A stretch of DNA of 64,000 nt from NCBI RefSeq assembly GCF_018350175.1, contig NC_058368.1:69194001-69258000 (forward strand), given 5' to 3'. The notes beneath the pieces were generated by a model. The model was not told the DNA's origin and did no database searches. It was given only the letters and a program-made list of their open reading frames with translations. Positions 26,200 through 39,945 of the stretch are shown one piece after another. The translations under genes were made by a program, and so were the position numbers. Position 1 is the first letter of the stretch. Every line of letters starts with the position of its first letter. Source of the DNA: Felis catus. Its lineage: Eukaryota.

Positions 26200-26232
26200 T
26201 CTTTTATTTTTTTTTTCATGTTTGTTTCTTTT

Positions 26233-26276
<44 letters not shown>

Positions 26277-26450
26277 GGGGGAAGGGCAGAGAGAGAGAAG
26301 GAGACACAGAATCCAAAGCAGGCTTCAGGCTCTGAGCTGTCAGCACAGAGCCCAGCATGGGGCTCGAACTCACAAACCACGAGATCATGAACTGAGATCA
26401 TGACCCAAGCTGAAGTGTGAGGCTTAAAAGACTGAGATACCCAGGCTCCC
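26200..26450 (-). mobile_element. CAN-SINE
   Basis: Antisense head, long (GA)n. Confidence 0.92.
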
Positions 26451-27239
26451 TTCTTCTAAATTTCTAAGTTCTTTTCTTGTTCACATTCCCTCCATCACAG
26501 TTGTAGGTAGCTGCTTTCTGCGTTTGCTCTGTGTACCCCCTAGGACTTAATTTCAGCTAGTGAACCGCCTTCCACTAGGTAACACGTTCTTTATATTACA
26601 TTAAATTATATTAGGTAACACTTGTTTATATTAAATGTTATGGGTTTAAATGACTGGCACGGTTGCTGTCCCTTAGCTGAATATCTTTCAGTGTGACGCT
26701 GGCTCAAAATCCTTTCTCTGTCCTACCCTTTACCTCCGTGTAAAATTAACTGCATGTTTACTCATTCTTATTTCCAAAGCCCTGGAAAAACCTTACTCTA
26801 TTTTTCATTCGCAGGACCACCTACTCTGACCCAGAACCACATCGCCTCATACCTGGATGTGTCTCTACCTTTTTCTGGTGTCTCTCTTTCCATATACCTG
26901 ACACACCATCGTAAAAGTAATCTTTTACCACGTTGCTTCCCATTCAAATCTCTTCAATGAAGTCTCCTTGAATGTAGAAGAATAATCAAACTTGGTAGCT
27001 GGATGTGACATAATACATGTACAGCCATGTCTTTGGGGTCCATTATTCTGCCTAATACAGGAGGAAAAAATATATATATATTATAACCCATATAAATACT
27101 AACCCATGAATATAAATATATTATATATATTATACATATTATAATTATATATTGAATGTAATTTTATTGTATATGTTATATATAATATATAGCATATTTT
27201 ATTATATATATTATAATGTATATATTATATATTGATTCA

Positions 27240-28150
27240 CACAGTTGTCAGGGGTAGCAAGTCCCAAATCTGTAGGGCAGGCCAACAGTCTGAAACTCTC
27301 AGGCTGAAGTTGATACCGCAATCGTGAGGCAGCATTTCTTCTCCAGGGAAACCTCAGCGTTTTCAATTGATTGGGTGAGGCCCCACCCAAATTATCTGAG
27401 GTAATCGTAAGATCAACTGATTCTAGATGTTAACCACATCCACAAAATACCTTCACAGCAACACCTTGAATAGTGTTTTTTTTTTAAATATAATTTATTG
27501 ACAACTTGGTTTCCATACAACACCCAGTGCTCATCCCAGCAGGTGCCCTCCTCAAGGCCCATCACCCACTTTCCCCTCTCCCCCACCCCCCACCAGCCCT
27601 CAGTATCCAAGAGTCTGTTATGGTTTGCCTCCCTCCCTCTCTGTAACATTTGTTTTCCCCCTTCCCTCGAATAGTGTTTTGATTAAATAACGGGGTACTA
27701 TAGCCAGGCCAAGCTGACACATAAAACTAACCATCACACCCGTGGCAAGGAAGAATTAAGGTTTCACATGGAATTAAGGCTGTTAATCAGCTGACCTAAA
27801 AATATATCCTGGATAATATAGATGGGATCATTAAATGTGGAAGAGGGAGGCAGAAAAGTCAGCGTTGGAATGAATGATTTCAGAATGACGCCAGAAGACA
27901 TTGCTGGCCTTGATGACATCAGGAGCCATAGTCAGAAAATGTAAGAAACTTCTAGAAGCTGGAAAAGGCAAGAAAATGGATTCTCCCCTTAAGTCTTCAG
28001 AATATGATACAGCACTGCTGCGACCTTGATTCTAGCCCAGTGAGACTCATTTCAGACTTCTGACCTCCAGGACTATGAGACAATAAATCTGTGTTGTTTT
28101 AAGGCACTAAGTTCTTGGCACTCTTACAGCCCCAAAAGAAAACTAATACA
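27240..28150. mobile_element. Old LTRs (MLT2-like, then MLT1D-like) with a nested L1 tail
   Basis: MLT2 end aagctgacacataaaactaaccatcaca; MLT1 end ...aactaataca. Confidence 0.7.
27480..27668 (-). mobile_element. 5'-truncated carnivore L1 3' tail
   Basis: T-tail plus L1 3' UTR flanked by TSD gaatagtgtttt (27468-27479 and 27669-27680). Confidence 0.85.
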
Positions 28151-29499
28151 GTGAATAAAGCCTTTAAGTAATCCAATACCAACCCACCTTTCAAATATTA
28201 TTTCTCACTTTTCAAGCTTACGCCCTTACTAGTTAGGTCTCCTTACTAACCCATGAATATAAATGATATTGTGTAAAGCCCCCAAATTCTAGGACGCTCC
28301 ACCCAAACTATTTTCCAAATTCATCGTTATCTGAGGAGCGAAACCAGAGCATTCCAATGTATAGGGATTTTTATGTTGAACTCATTGGACTTAGTACTTT
28401 GACAAAAGGTCATTGCCTTATGACACATCTTTCTTATCATTGTTTTGCTGTGTGCTTTACCACATGCAATTCTTTACCCTTCTGACAACACGTCTTTTCT
28501 GCTCAGGAGCGTAAAGCCCACCAGAGCTGGTATTTTGTGTTAAACTCCTTTATATCCCCAACACCCAGCAAAATAAGTCATGCATAGCACACACACAGAC
28601 GTGGCCAGAGACAGCGCAAACGTCAAGGACTAAAGTGTACTAAGATAGTTAACTGCCTACTTTATACTTTTATCCATAAAGCAGAATAATGAGGGTCGGT
28701 TTGTCCTGGAAGATGTATAGAATGAAGCCATAGTAATTAAAACAGAATGGTATCCATTTGCATTGTGTGTTTGTAGTTCAGTCTTTCCTGTTGCCACAGA
28801 GGATTCCATTGTATGAACATACCACATTTGATTTATCCATCCTACCGTTGGTGGACATCAGGATTGCTGCTCACTGTGGATTACACACAGTCATCTGAGA
28901 ACACTGTCTTATACGTCTTTTGGTGAACCTATGTATTCATTTCTGTTGCGACTGTATCTGGTAAGGGTCATTTTAATTTAGAAATTCTACCTATAAAAAC
29001 AACTCTGAATATTCTCAAGGAAGCTGGTATTTTTAAATTCTGAGTTCCAGATTCAAACTTTCAGGAAGAGTCCTTTACCACCGTCCCTTATCTGAAAAGT
29101 AAACAGATTTCTGTGGAACAGAGGGTCCCAAACATTGAAATGTATCCCAAGTATCAATAGCACAGGAAGTGTAGTAGAAAAAAATATTAGCACTTAAGTG
29201 ATTTGTACCCTAGGTGCAGCACCGTGAGTTTTATTTTGGGGAGTATTCAAATCCTGGCTTTCTTAATATACTTTAATCTCTATGGAAAATGAATTCTGGC
29301 AGCCAGAACCCAAACCCAAGCAGCTTTTGCCTCAGTTCAGTCCAAATTCATTCTCTAGAGGGCTAGTCGATTGAAGGCTGAATTGAAGGAGCATAAAAAT
29401 AAGATTCTGCCGGTTGTCAGTGGTCCATCTGCATTTTTCCTTCCCAGGGCACACCAACCAAGAGCAAGGACCGTTAAGGGATGTGGGTAACAATAACGA

Positions 29500-31390
29500 C
29501 GAACACCGAAAATCGTCTTTGCTGGAAGTACAACCTGGTACCGCCTGTATGGACGAGAGTCGAGGGGTTTCTTATGAAGCTAAACATAGTCTTACCATAT
29601 GCTTCAGCAGTCATGCTCCCTGGTATTTATCCAAATGAATTTAAAATGTATGTCCACACGAACACCTGCACATAAATGTTTACAGCAGCCTTATTCATAA
29701 CTGCCAAAACTTGGAAGCAACCAAGAAGTCCTTCAGTAGGTGAGTCGATCAAAACCTATGGTACTTCTATACACAATGGAATATTATTAGATAAAAAGAA
29801 GTGAGCCATGAGCCACGAGATACCATTAAGGCTACTATTAAAAAAAAGTATTTTACCAGAAAATAACAAGTGTTTGTAAGGATGCAGAAGATTGGAACAT
29901 TTGTTTACTGTTTGTGGCTGTGTAAAGTGGTGCAGGACTATGGAAAACAGCATGGTGGTTCCTTTCAAAATTAAATATAGGGGCACCTGGGTGGCTCAGT
30001 CAGTTAAGCGTCGACTTCAGCTCGCGTCATGATCTCATAGTTTGTGAGTGAGTTCGAGCCCCGCATCGGGCTCTGCGCTGACAGCTCAGAACCTGGAGCC
30101 TGCTTTGGACTCTGTGTCTCCCTCTCTCTCTGTCTCTCTCCCATTCATGTTATGTCTCTCTCTCTCTCAAAAATAAACATTTAAAATTTTTTTTAAAACT
30201 TAAAAAAATAAAAATAAGACAATATGACCCTTTTTTTAAGTTTTAAAACTTAAAAAAATAAAAATAAGACAATATGACCCAGGATCAGGGTCTTAAGGAA
30301 ATATTTGCATATTCATGTATATAGCATTTTTCACATTAGCCAAAGGATGGGAGCCACCCAAGCACCCATGGGCAGGTGAATAAACATTCCGACAACATGC
30401 GGCATAACCATAGGGTAGAACATCATTCGGTCTGCAAAAGGAAGAAGATTGTGACACACGCTATGACACGGATGAACCTTGAGGACATCAGGCTAAGTGA
30501 ACTAAGCCAGACACAAAAGGACAAATGCTCATGTAGGTTCCACCTACATGAAGTACATAGAGTAGTCAAATTAATAGAGAAAGTAGGTGATGTTTGTCAG
30601 GCTGGTGAGGAGTGGGGAATGGGGAGTTCTAGTTCCATGGGTACAGAGTTTTAGTTTTGTAAAATAAAAAAGTGGAGAGGGATGGTGGTGATGTTTGTGT
30701 GACAATGCGAATGTACTTAATACCACTAACATACTTAATACCATTAATGGCAGTGAAACTATTAGCCTGTATGACGTTACAATGGCAGACACATCGTGTT
30801 ACACAGTGGTTTTAACCCGCGGAGCTCTATAACACAAAAAGTGAACTCCAATGTAAACTATAGACTCTCATTAATGATAATGTATAAATACTTGTTCATC
30901 AGTTGTAATGAATGAACCACGGTGTCTCAGTCAGTTCCGGCTTGACAAAATACCACAGACTGAGTGGTTTATAAACAACAGAAATTTATTGCTCACTGTT
31001 CTGGAAGCTGAAAGTCCCAGATCATTGTGCCACCACGGTCCGGTAAGGGCCTTCTTCTGGTTGCAGACTTCTGGTTGTATCTTTGCAGGGTAGAAGGGGA
31101 CAGGGATCTCTCTGGGGCCTCTTTCATAAGGGCATTTCATCCAACCCTTCATGACAATCAGTCACCTAAAGTCTCCGTCTTCTGCTTCCATCACCTTGGG
31201 CATCAGGTTTTCAACATATGAATTTCGGGGGGGGGGGGGAGGGGCCACAAACTTTCAGACCACAGTACACACCAATGCAATAATTCCTATTAATAGGGAA
31301 ATTGTTGATTGGGGGGAAGGGTTTACACAGAAACTCCCTATAATTTCTGAGCTATCTCTCTGTAACCTAAAACTGCTCTTAAAAAATTAA
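29500..31390 (+). mobile_element. Old L1M 3' fragments with a nested CAN-SINE (~29980-30205) and MaLR LTR (~30922-31268)
   Basis: L1 motifs aaacttggaagcaacc and atgaaccttgaggacat; SINE head ggggcacctgggtggctcag; MaLR block aaacaacagaaatttattgctcac. Confidence 0.8.
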
Positions 31391-31625
31391 GTTTATTATT
31401 ATTTTTTTAAGTCTTTCAACCTGTGTCCCAACCAGAGGAATCCTGGAAATGGGAGCTTTCCAAAGCTTCTTCCTTCTTTGGGCGGTCAGGTCACTGCTCT
31501 TTTAGTGGTCACTAGAGCCCCCCTCACGACCCCTGGTGCCTTTGCCCTGCCAACCCCAGCTGCCTCTGGACCTCATATTGGCCCAGCACCGACTGACCTC
31601 GCCTTGACTCTGTCTGAATTATTAT

Positions 31626-31848
31626 TATTTTTTTAAACGTTTATTTATTTTTGAGACAGAGAGAGACAAAGCATGAACGGGGGAGAGTCAGAAAGAGAGA
31701 CGGAGACACAAAATCGGAAACAGGCTCCAGGCTCCGAGCTCTCAGCACAGAGCCTGACGCGGGGCTTGAACTCAGGAACCTTGAGATCATGACCTGAGCC
31801 GAAGTCGGACGCTTAACGCTTAACCGGCTGAGCCACCCAAGTGCCCCG
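31626..31848 (-). mobile_element. CAN-SINE (feline type)
   Basis: TSD actctgtctgaattat on both sides. Confidence 0.95.
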
Positions 31849-32611
31849 ACTCTGTCTGAATTATAATGCTGTCATGCGGGCAACCCTACCCCCATGTCCA
31901 CGGCTGCCACCCTGGCCACTGACAATGATTCTCTCCCACCAAGAATACGATAATAATAGTGACTGAATGGGAGGCCCTAATTTCCTACTGAAGTCTTTGA
32001 TACTCTTTTATTAGGCTTTAGCCATTAACAAGCTACCCTTGAGATGAACTACGCTGTCATATGAGTGATGCTAAACAGAATCACAGACAAAATATCCCTT
32101 TGTGCCGGCACTAAGGCAGTGACCGAGGAGGAAAATTAGGCCCTCTACTTTCTTCCTATCCCTGATATCTCCCGGTCGCAAACACGCGTCGGGTCTAATG
32201 TCTCAATGACAAGGTCCTGAGCGCTTCGTAGTTAGCACTTCAAAGCCCTTGAAACTGTTTTTCCTTTAGGGATCATTGATTCTACATGAAAGAGACTCCT
32301 AAAGACTCTGCCCTAGTATTCCAGGGTGTTCCGGCACTAGGATTCCCAAGTGCTGGTCCGTGGCAAGGCTCTTGTAATTCCACAGCAAAACAAGAAAAAC
32401 ATAGATTGTGCAATGCGTTTTTTCACAAAGCCAAACCTCAAATGTGAAAGATTGCCTTTTGTTGGAGATTAAATCCGCCCTCCATGTAGGGAGAGGTAAG
32501 GGGAGTTAAATGTCAGTTTGTTAATGAAATGATGGTGACAGAAGACGAAAGTCACTTTTTAAAAGGCCTCATTTAGCTAAATAGAAAGACACCAAGCTTC
32601 CGTTTGTCCCC

Positions 32612-32645
<34 letters not shown>

Positions 32646-32677
32646 GGAATTCTTCTGATCCATAAAGAACCTGAAAG

Positions 32678-32772
32678 TCTGGGGATTCACAGTCCTGGAT
32701 GAGTAACTGATCACCTTTCTTCCTTTCTGGGGATTCACAGTCCTGGATGAGTAACTGATCACCTTTCTTCCT
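32678..32772. repeat. 48-bp tandem duplication
   Basis: tctggggattcacagtcctggatgagtaactgatcacctttcttcct occurs twice with period 48. Confidence 0.95.
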
Positions 32773-32888
32773 GAATGTATAGGGGAAAAAACTGGATATT
32801 TGAAATCACTGCCTAAGCCAGAAATTAGATACAACCAAAAGGTTCCAGCACCTCCCTCTTGCACCAAATCTTCTACAGATCTGCTCAC

Positions 32889-32932
32889 CCCGACAGACTT
32901 TTCTGTGCTTCTTCCAGTCCTCTCCTTGTTGA
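32889..32932 (-). pseudogene. Candidate small fossil exon within CNBD3
   Basis: Long polypyrimidine tract + ttttag acceptor and gtgagc donor, 44 bp. Frame not resolved. Confidence 0.45.
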
Positions 32933-34260
32933 CTAAAAACCGGCAACAGAAGGAAGGAGCTTGAGACCCATAATAATGATTCATTCATCTCCTGGACAAT
33001 CAGATGCTTAAAAGTAAGGTTTCTCTGTAGCCCACCTCACAGTTAGATTCGGTGCCCATTCAGAACCTTACAAACCAGGCCTGAAATACCAAATCAGATC
33101 ACCAAAGGTCTGTCATAGGAATAACCTACTTCTCATAGCATAGCACCCTGCAGGCTTAGTGTGGCTTTAAATATCATAGCTTGTACAAGATCTGCTCGTC
33201 CCTGTGGAACTTTAGGAAGATTGGGCTGAGACTATTTTCCCGGAAGACCATCTCACAGGGCTTGAGGGGAAAACATTACCCCTACTTGGAAGACAAGGGT
33301 TCATTTGCTTCAGAAGAATCCCCTGTGGGCCACTCAGCTAGCAATTGCCTTTTTTTGTAATCCAAAAAGTAGACTAACTCAATTTTATTAGTCACTAGCC
33401 AAGACTTTTGATCATTAGTCATTAACCAAGATTTATATTAAAATTGGCATCATGGAAAATGTTGGCTTGCCTAAGATAAAAGGAAATTTCTTCACCCATA
33501 TCCGTGTTCAAATTGGTTCATTATTTCTCTCCGGCTTTGTGTATGATTCATTCAGTGAACTTGGATCCCTTTCTTAGTAACCTTGAAAACAGAAGGGAGG
33601 TTGCTATTAATTAATATAACCATTGTAGAGACAGGGAAATGGAAACAGAGAAGTGATCCCCTCAGTGAACTGACAGACCAGCTGGAGAAAATATCCCTTC
33701 ACCCACCAGCAGAGCATCTTTCCTGCAAGGAACTTCCCCAGAGACCATGCTGTCTCTTAGAATAAAGCCCTAAGGAAGTAAATATGTGATTTTAATGTAA
33801 ATGTAATCTCCTGCTTTCTAAGATTCTCTATCATATCAGTGTCCATCTAAGTCCTGTATTTGCTCAAATGATATAATGAATAGCAGAGGTTTGCAACTGT
33901 ACTGCATAGAGAAGTTCTCATATAGAGGGGAAGAAGGTGTAGGAACAGTTGGGGGCATTGCAAAGGTTGAAATTTTCAACCTCGTTCAACCAGAGGAAAC
34001 CCACCTTTATATTTTCTTACATCCTGCATACCCATGTAGTGTTTCATTTCAAGGAAAAACTCATTCCTTTTTTTTTAAGTTTGCAAATCACTCATAAATA
34101 TGAAAGTGTTTTACAAACTATAAGGTACTATGCAAATATAGATATAGATTTTTCTACTATATACACACAAAGAGAATGAAATCTGCTCATTAGCAGGGAT
34201 GGGCAGACCAACATTCACTGAATATCCATCTTACAGATGAGAAAAATGAGGTAAATTCAC

Positions 34261-35363
34261 ACATCTAGGAACATTTGAGAACGACCAATTCAACAGCCTG
34301 CATTTTTTATGTCTTCATCAATTTCTCTAACCTTTCAGCCAATGCATGTGCCCAGCCTCTCAGAAAATTCAGCTCCACCCCTCCTGCTTCCAAAACATCC
34401 TCGGGGACTCAGTACAAGTTGAGGTCAGTCATTTCAGCTTTTACTGCTGTTAGTAGTGTTGTGACACTGCAGGGGAGGGAAAATAATTCTCCCTCTACCC
34501 TTCCAAGTTCTTCTCTGAGACCCTATAATAAAAGACAGATTAACAAGAGATAAAGAAACAGAAGTTTATTATCACATAACGTCATATAAAGATGGGAAAG
34601 AGCCAGGGGAAAATGAGTAACTCCTCAAGGTGGCTCAGAATTCAGGCTTAAATACCATCTTTATGATAGGGAGAGGGGAGGGAGATGCAAGGCCTCTTCG
34701 GGGAGAGGAAATGATTTTTAGGAAAGACTACCAAGACCTTAGAGGAAAAGATGGGAGGTACCATAGTTTGTGACAAAGTCTGTCTGGGTTTAGGGTCGAT
34801 GTCTACTCTGCCTTCCTGTGACAAGAGTCAATCTTTCCTGGTTGAGGAAACTCCCAGAGAACCCATCCATGACAATCGAGCTCTTTTTGGAGAAGCTGAA
34901 GCTTCTCCCTGCATTTGCTGTTTTTCAAGTGCCTACAGCTCAGAATAATCTAGACCAATGAGGCATATTTCAAGGAGGCATGTCCTGAGCTCCTACAGGC
35001 ATATTTTGGGGTATCATATTCTGCAACCCTCCAACACCAACTGTCAAGTACATGTTTTTAAATTAGTTTTAAAAAACACTTACTGTTTCTTTTCTGAAAC
35101 AATACACGACCATTTTGTATAATGTATTCCTGAATCCTTCAATAGCGACAGCCCATTAAGCTGGCCCTCCGTGGTGTGTATTAGCCCCATTGCAGATGAA
35201 ATAGCCGAAAGTTCCAATCTCTAAAAGTGCTTTATTCAGTCTGCATGGCATTTTCCTTTTCTTCAGCGGCTAGAGCCCATATAGATGCAACCGTCCACTG
35301 CTTGAAAAATGATTGTCATCTTTCTCAATAATTCTGATGAGGAGCCCTATTTTTAACTCCAAT
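34261..35363 (-). pseudogene. Fossil exon, repeat III S5 to start of CNBD3, split by a solo LTR
   Basis: LELKIGLLIRII; GCIYM (S5); EGFRNTLYKMVVYCFRKETVS (cf. CNGA EFQ..D.IKQYM.FR.VS); across the LTR YLTVG|VTTLLTAVKAEM; NFLRGWAHALAERLEKLMKT*KMQAVELVV (CNBD A-helix/beta1). Confidence 0.75.
34468..35033 (-). mobile_element. Solo ERV1-class LTR inserted in a fossil exon
   Basis: TG...CA termini, 4-bp TSD acac (34464-34467 and 35034-35037), AATAAA on the minus strand ~100 bp from its 3' end. Confidence 0.85.
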
Positions 35364-35844
35364 CTAAAATACATTAGGGGAGCCATCTAGCGTTTTGAAG
35401 TTGGCATTTAGGAGTTATATAGAACATCCCTCCTCCCTAAATTTGATTTACCATCTGTGTTCATTCTCAGTGTTCTGAAGCATCAACACAGGGTATATAT
35501 TTCATTTGGGGGAGAAATAAGATTAAAAACAAGAGCTCTTTCAGCTGCCTCTCTCCTGATTCCCTGGTATTTTGGAACAAGGAACTTAGCTTCCGATTCC
35601 TACCGGTTCCTTCTTGGGGACTGGGTACAGCAAGGTAACACAGAAACAGTCAGTCCACTTGAAATAAATACATTACATTTCAGAAGCCTCCTAAACAGGA
35701 AACCTGGATTATAATTAGATCTTTTCCTACACCAAAATAGGGCCAAACTTGGATATAGGCAGTGCAGGTAACAGTCTACTTGATGAAATTCCAGGAACGT
35801 CAGGAAAGGTCCCCAAATAGCTTCCTCTACCTTCTGTTTCATGC

Positions 35845-37075
35845 TTGCTAATTTCATAGCAGCTCTATTGGGATGTAACTGACATAGTATAAACTGCATA
35901 TATTTAATAAACTGTGCAAGCCCATTAGTTTCAGCACATGCACACACAAAAACCCAACACCTCAATCAAAATAATGAGTATTTAATTACCCCCAAAATGT
36001 CATCATGCCCCCTTGGAAATCCATCTCTCATCTTCTCCTCCCCTATCTCATCTCCAGGTAACCACTGCCCTGCTTCCTGTCATTATATATTGCTTGGCAT
36101 TTTCTAGAATTTTGTAAAAACGAACTCATATAGTATGTACTCTTGTCTGGCTTTTTCACTCAGCCTAGTGATTTTGAAATCCTTCCATATTGTTACGTGT
36201 ATCAATATTTTTTTTGCTCTTTGTTGATCCCATTATAGGGATATGCCACAATCTGTTGATCCATTCACCTTTTGAAGGAGATTTGGATTATTTCCGATAT
36301 TGGGCTTTAATAAATAAAGCTGCTGCAAATGTATTTGTATAAGTCTTTGTACAAACACCTATTTTCTTTTCTCGTAGGCAAATTCCCAGCAATGGAATTA
36401 CGGTTTGTGTGGTTGGTATTTGTATAACTGCCTGTTTTCCAAATGGCACCATTTTGCATCCCCACCACCCAGGTATGCATTTCAGTTGCTCCAAATCCTT
36501 GCCAACACTGGTATTTTCAGTGTTTGGATAAGATCTGATTTTCTCTCTTCCTTTTCCATCCCTTGACCTTTTATTTCTTTTCCTAGCTTTGTTTTACTCA
36601 CTAGACCCTCCAACAGGGTGCTGAATAAAGGCAGTGAGAGAGGATATCATTGCCGTGTTCCTCATCTTAGGGGGGAAGCATTCACTCTTTCACCATTAAG
36701 TATGACATTAGCTACAGGCTTTTCAAAATGTCCCCCATCAGGAAGACAACGTTCCCTTCAATTCCTAGTTTCTAAGAGTTTTGATCAAGAAAAAATACTG
36801 CATCTTGTCACATGCCTTTTTCTCTACCTATTGAAATGGCTATACAATTCCTTTCTTTTTAATAGACTTTATTTTTTTAAGGGCAATTTTAGGTTCACAT
36901 GAAAATTGAGTGGAAGATACACAGATTCCCCATTTTCTTTTTATTCTGGTTATATGATTAATTGATCTTCAAATATGAAACCAATGTTACCCTCCAGGGA
37001 TAAGCCCCGCTTGGTCGTGGTGCATTATCCTTTTAATATCATGGTGGAATGGCCTTGCTAAAATGTTGTTCAGAA
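35845..37075 (-). mobile_element. Old L1M fragments
   Basis: Antisense L1 3'/ORF2 motifs (peptide VIPLLGI...FAAALF). Confidence 0.75.
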
Positions 37076-37179
37076 TGAAGCACCTGAACAAATTTTGATG
37101 AAAAATGTGGAAGAAAACTTGACAGTTCTAGGTGAGCAAACACAGCATCAAGGGATAAACGAAATGAAAAAGACATTAC

Positions 37180-37372
37180 CTATTTTGAACTTTTGACAAG
37201 GCAATCCTACCCAAAGGCTAATGGTTTGAGAATTCCCATCAGTTTTCCCACCAGATTGTCCAGATTGAAAATGCTAAACTGTACATTCTGAGCATTCATC
37301 TTTGCACTTAAAAGACCCAAGAATCAAATAAGGTGAAGAGAATGTCAGACCATAGCTTTCTTATGGATATAA
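37180..37372 (-). pseudogene. Fossil exon, repeat III S3-S4
   Basis: YIH / RKLWSDILFTLFD (S3) and KLMGILKPLAF-GRIALSKVQNR (S4-like). Donor tag|gtaatg in phase 2 joins LELKIG of the next exon. Confidence 0.6.
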
Positions 37373-38365
37373 CTAGTTAGTTCAAAAATCAGCTAATTCC
37401 AAAAAGCCGTCAAGCCATTGCTGTTACTATATTGGCTAAACAAATGGTTATTTGAATGTGTATTCTCTTTTCATTTTTTCAGCTATTATTTTTAGTATCA
37501 TGTAGGCCTCTTACTTTTTCAGGGACCAGATCAAATTTGTAATAGAAATATAACAAAGTTAAAACTAAAGGAAATTTTACCAAACATCTTCCCATAAACA
37601 GTATTGTTTATTCATCAGGAAGTTTTAAAATAAACTCTTTTTGCTATAAATCATAGAAATTTGCAAAGAAAGTCAATAAATACAAAGCCTCCTTCTCTCT
37701 TACCATGCCTTTTACCCACTCCCACTCTTCCATCTGCCTGGACTCCAACACACAGCACAGGAAGAGATTGGAAACCCACCAATTCCATGGTCTTGGCAAG
37801 ACTTCCATCAGCCAAAGGTTCCAGGCTTAAGAATTAATGTTCCTAAATCGTGATGACATAGTAACATATTACCGAGACTTGGGGGCATGAAGGAACCATT
37901 GTAAGTAGAAAGTCTTGGGATCATTTTTCTGCAAACATGTGCTTGCCAAGAAGAAATTTGGCCAAAGAACAGTTTTCTCTAGACCAACTAATTTCTTCAA
38001 GGAGACGTGTATTTTCCAGTGGGCACATCTCTAGTAAGCTTCAATCTCTCTTTTCTTCAATTCCCTCTCCCTATCACCCTTCTGTCCCCTCTCCTTTCTC
38101 TGTCACTTATCCCTCTCTCACTCTCTCTCTGTTTTTCTCTTTCTTCCTCCATGTTTTAAATAATAGGAGCATGGATTCTTGATCTGACTCTGGTTCCAGT
38201 TCTCAGTTACTTTTTAGTAAAGTGACCTCAGCCACTTAATTTCTCCACTTCTCTGTGCCTCAGTTTCCTCATCTGCACTAGAACGTTAAGAGAATTAAGT
38301 GAGTTAATATATAAAAACATTTAAAATAAGCCCTGGCACTTAGTAAGTTCTCCATAAGAATTAAC

Positions 38366-38396
<31 letters not shown>

Positions 38397-39726
38397 TACG
38401 TGAGAAACATTTACTCTCCTGGAAGAGTGGAAAGGGAGAAGACTTTCACCTTTTCTGCATTCCTCTTGCACTCAGCTTCTGGTCTGACCACTTCCAGGTG
38501 TTAAGTTCAAATTTGAGATCCCCTAGAAGAGATCACTGAGTAGCCTTAAGAAGCCAGCCAGCACGTCTCCAAGAACAGAGCACAGCAAAGACCAGCTTGT
38601 CAAGACTATACAAAGAGAATCAACCCAGATCTGCTGCAAACATTCTGTCACCTTGTACAGTCCTTTTACTAACTGTATTACGGAGTGTATCACCAGGGTC
38701 AGAAAGCAAAGGCACCCCTTCTCCCCATCCTATGGACCCCTTTTCTCCACTTTTCCTCTTCCCTTCCCACCCTCATTTCCTTTCCCTTTCTTCTCCCACC
38801 CTGTCTTCAGCAACACTTCCCACTGCTGCTGACATCTAGGACAAAATGCTAGAGCCACTAAAGTAGATAACACCTTTCCACCCAGACCCTCTTTCTCATT
38901 TGATGGGCAGATGTCTTATTTACATAAAGCTATTTGCTCAATTTCCTACAGAGAAGTCGTCTAATTTTGAATTTAAAAAAAAGAAAAAAGAAAGAGGGGA
39001 GAGTAAAGGGAAAAAAGAAAAACTTATCTATCGTCCTACCACCAATATTTTGGCGTATTTTCTAACATTTTCCTATGCATAGATTTTTATATTCCCAGGG
39101 AATATCATATATTTCCACTGTGTTATAATACCACAGTGTAAATCTTTTTTCCTTAGCCTTATTTCTTAAGCATTTTCCATAATAGTATATATGCATCACA
39201 AATAAATTTGTTGTAAACATTTGACATCCCTTACAATGCATATGCCAAAGCTTACTTTATCTGTTCCCTATTACTGAGCATTTCTCTTATTTCCAGTTTT
39301 TCACTATTATCTTTAGCACTGCAATGTACACCTTTGTGCTTTCAGCCTTTGACATATTTAGACGTATTTATTTGGGATCCCATAAATTAAATCTGTCGAA
39401 GAGTATCAACATTTCTAAGCTACGTGTTTCCAAAACGTTCTCCAAAAAACCATACTGAAATTCCATTAATTCATTTAACAAAGTTTTATTCCGCATCTAC
39501 TATATGCAGGCACTATCTACAGTCTGGGAATAACAGTTAAAAAGGCGGACTTGAATTTTCCTTTACTTCCAGCCATCCTCAAGAACATTTTCCCACTGCA
39601 CCCAGGACTGAGCCAGCCCTTACCGAGCCGAGTTGATGGCAGTAGGTGCTTAATATGCATTGATGGCTCCTATAGGTAAGTGTGTTTATAGAGTTGGTCA
39701 TATGCATTCAAAAATGTTTACTTTGT

Positions 39727-39945
39727 GAGGCTCCTGGGAGGCTCAGTTGGTTAAGCGTCCAACTTTGGCTCAGGTCATGATCTCGCAGTCTGTGAGTTCG
39801 AGCCCCGCGTGGGGCTCTGTGCTGACAGCGCAGACGGAGCCTGGAGCCTGCTCCGGATTCTGTGTCTCCCTCTCTCTCTCTGCCCCCCCCCCCACCCCGC
39901 GCTTGTGTCTGTCTCTCTCAAAAAATGAACATTGAAACAAAAATT
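39727..39945 (+). mobile_element. CAN-SINE
   Basis: Head, CT tract and tail. Confidence 0.9.
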
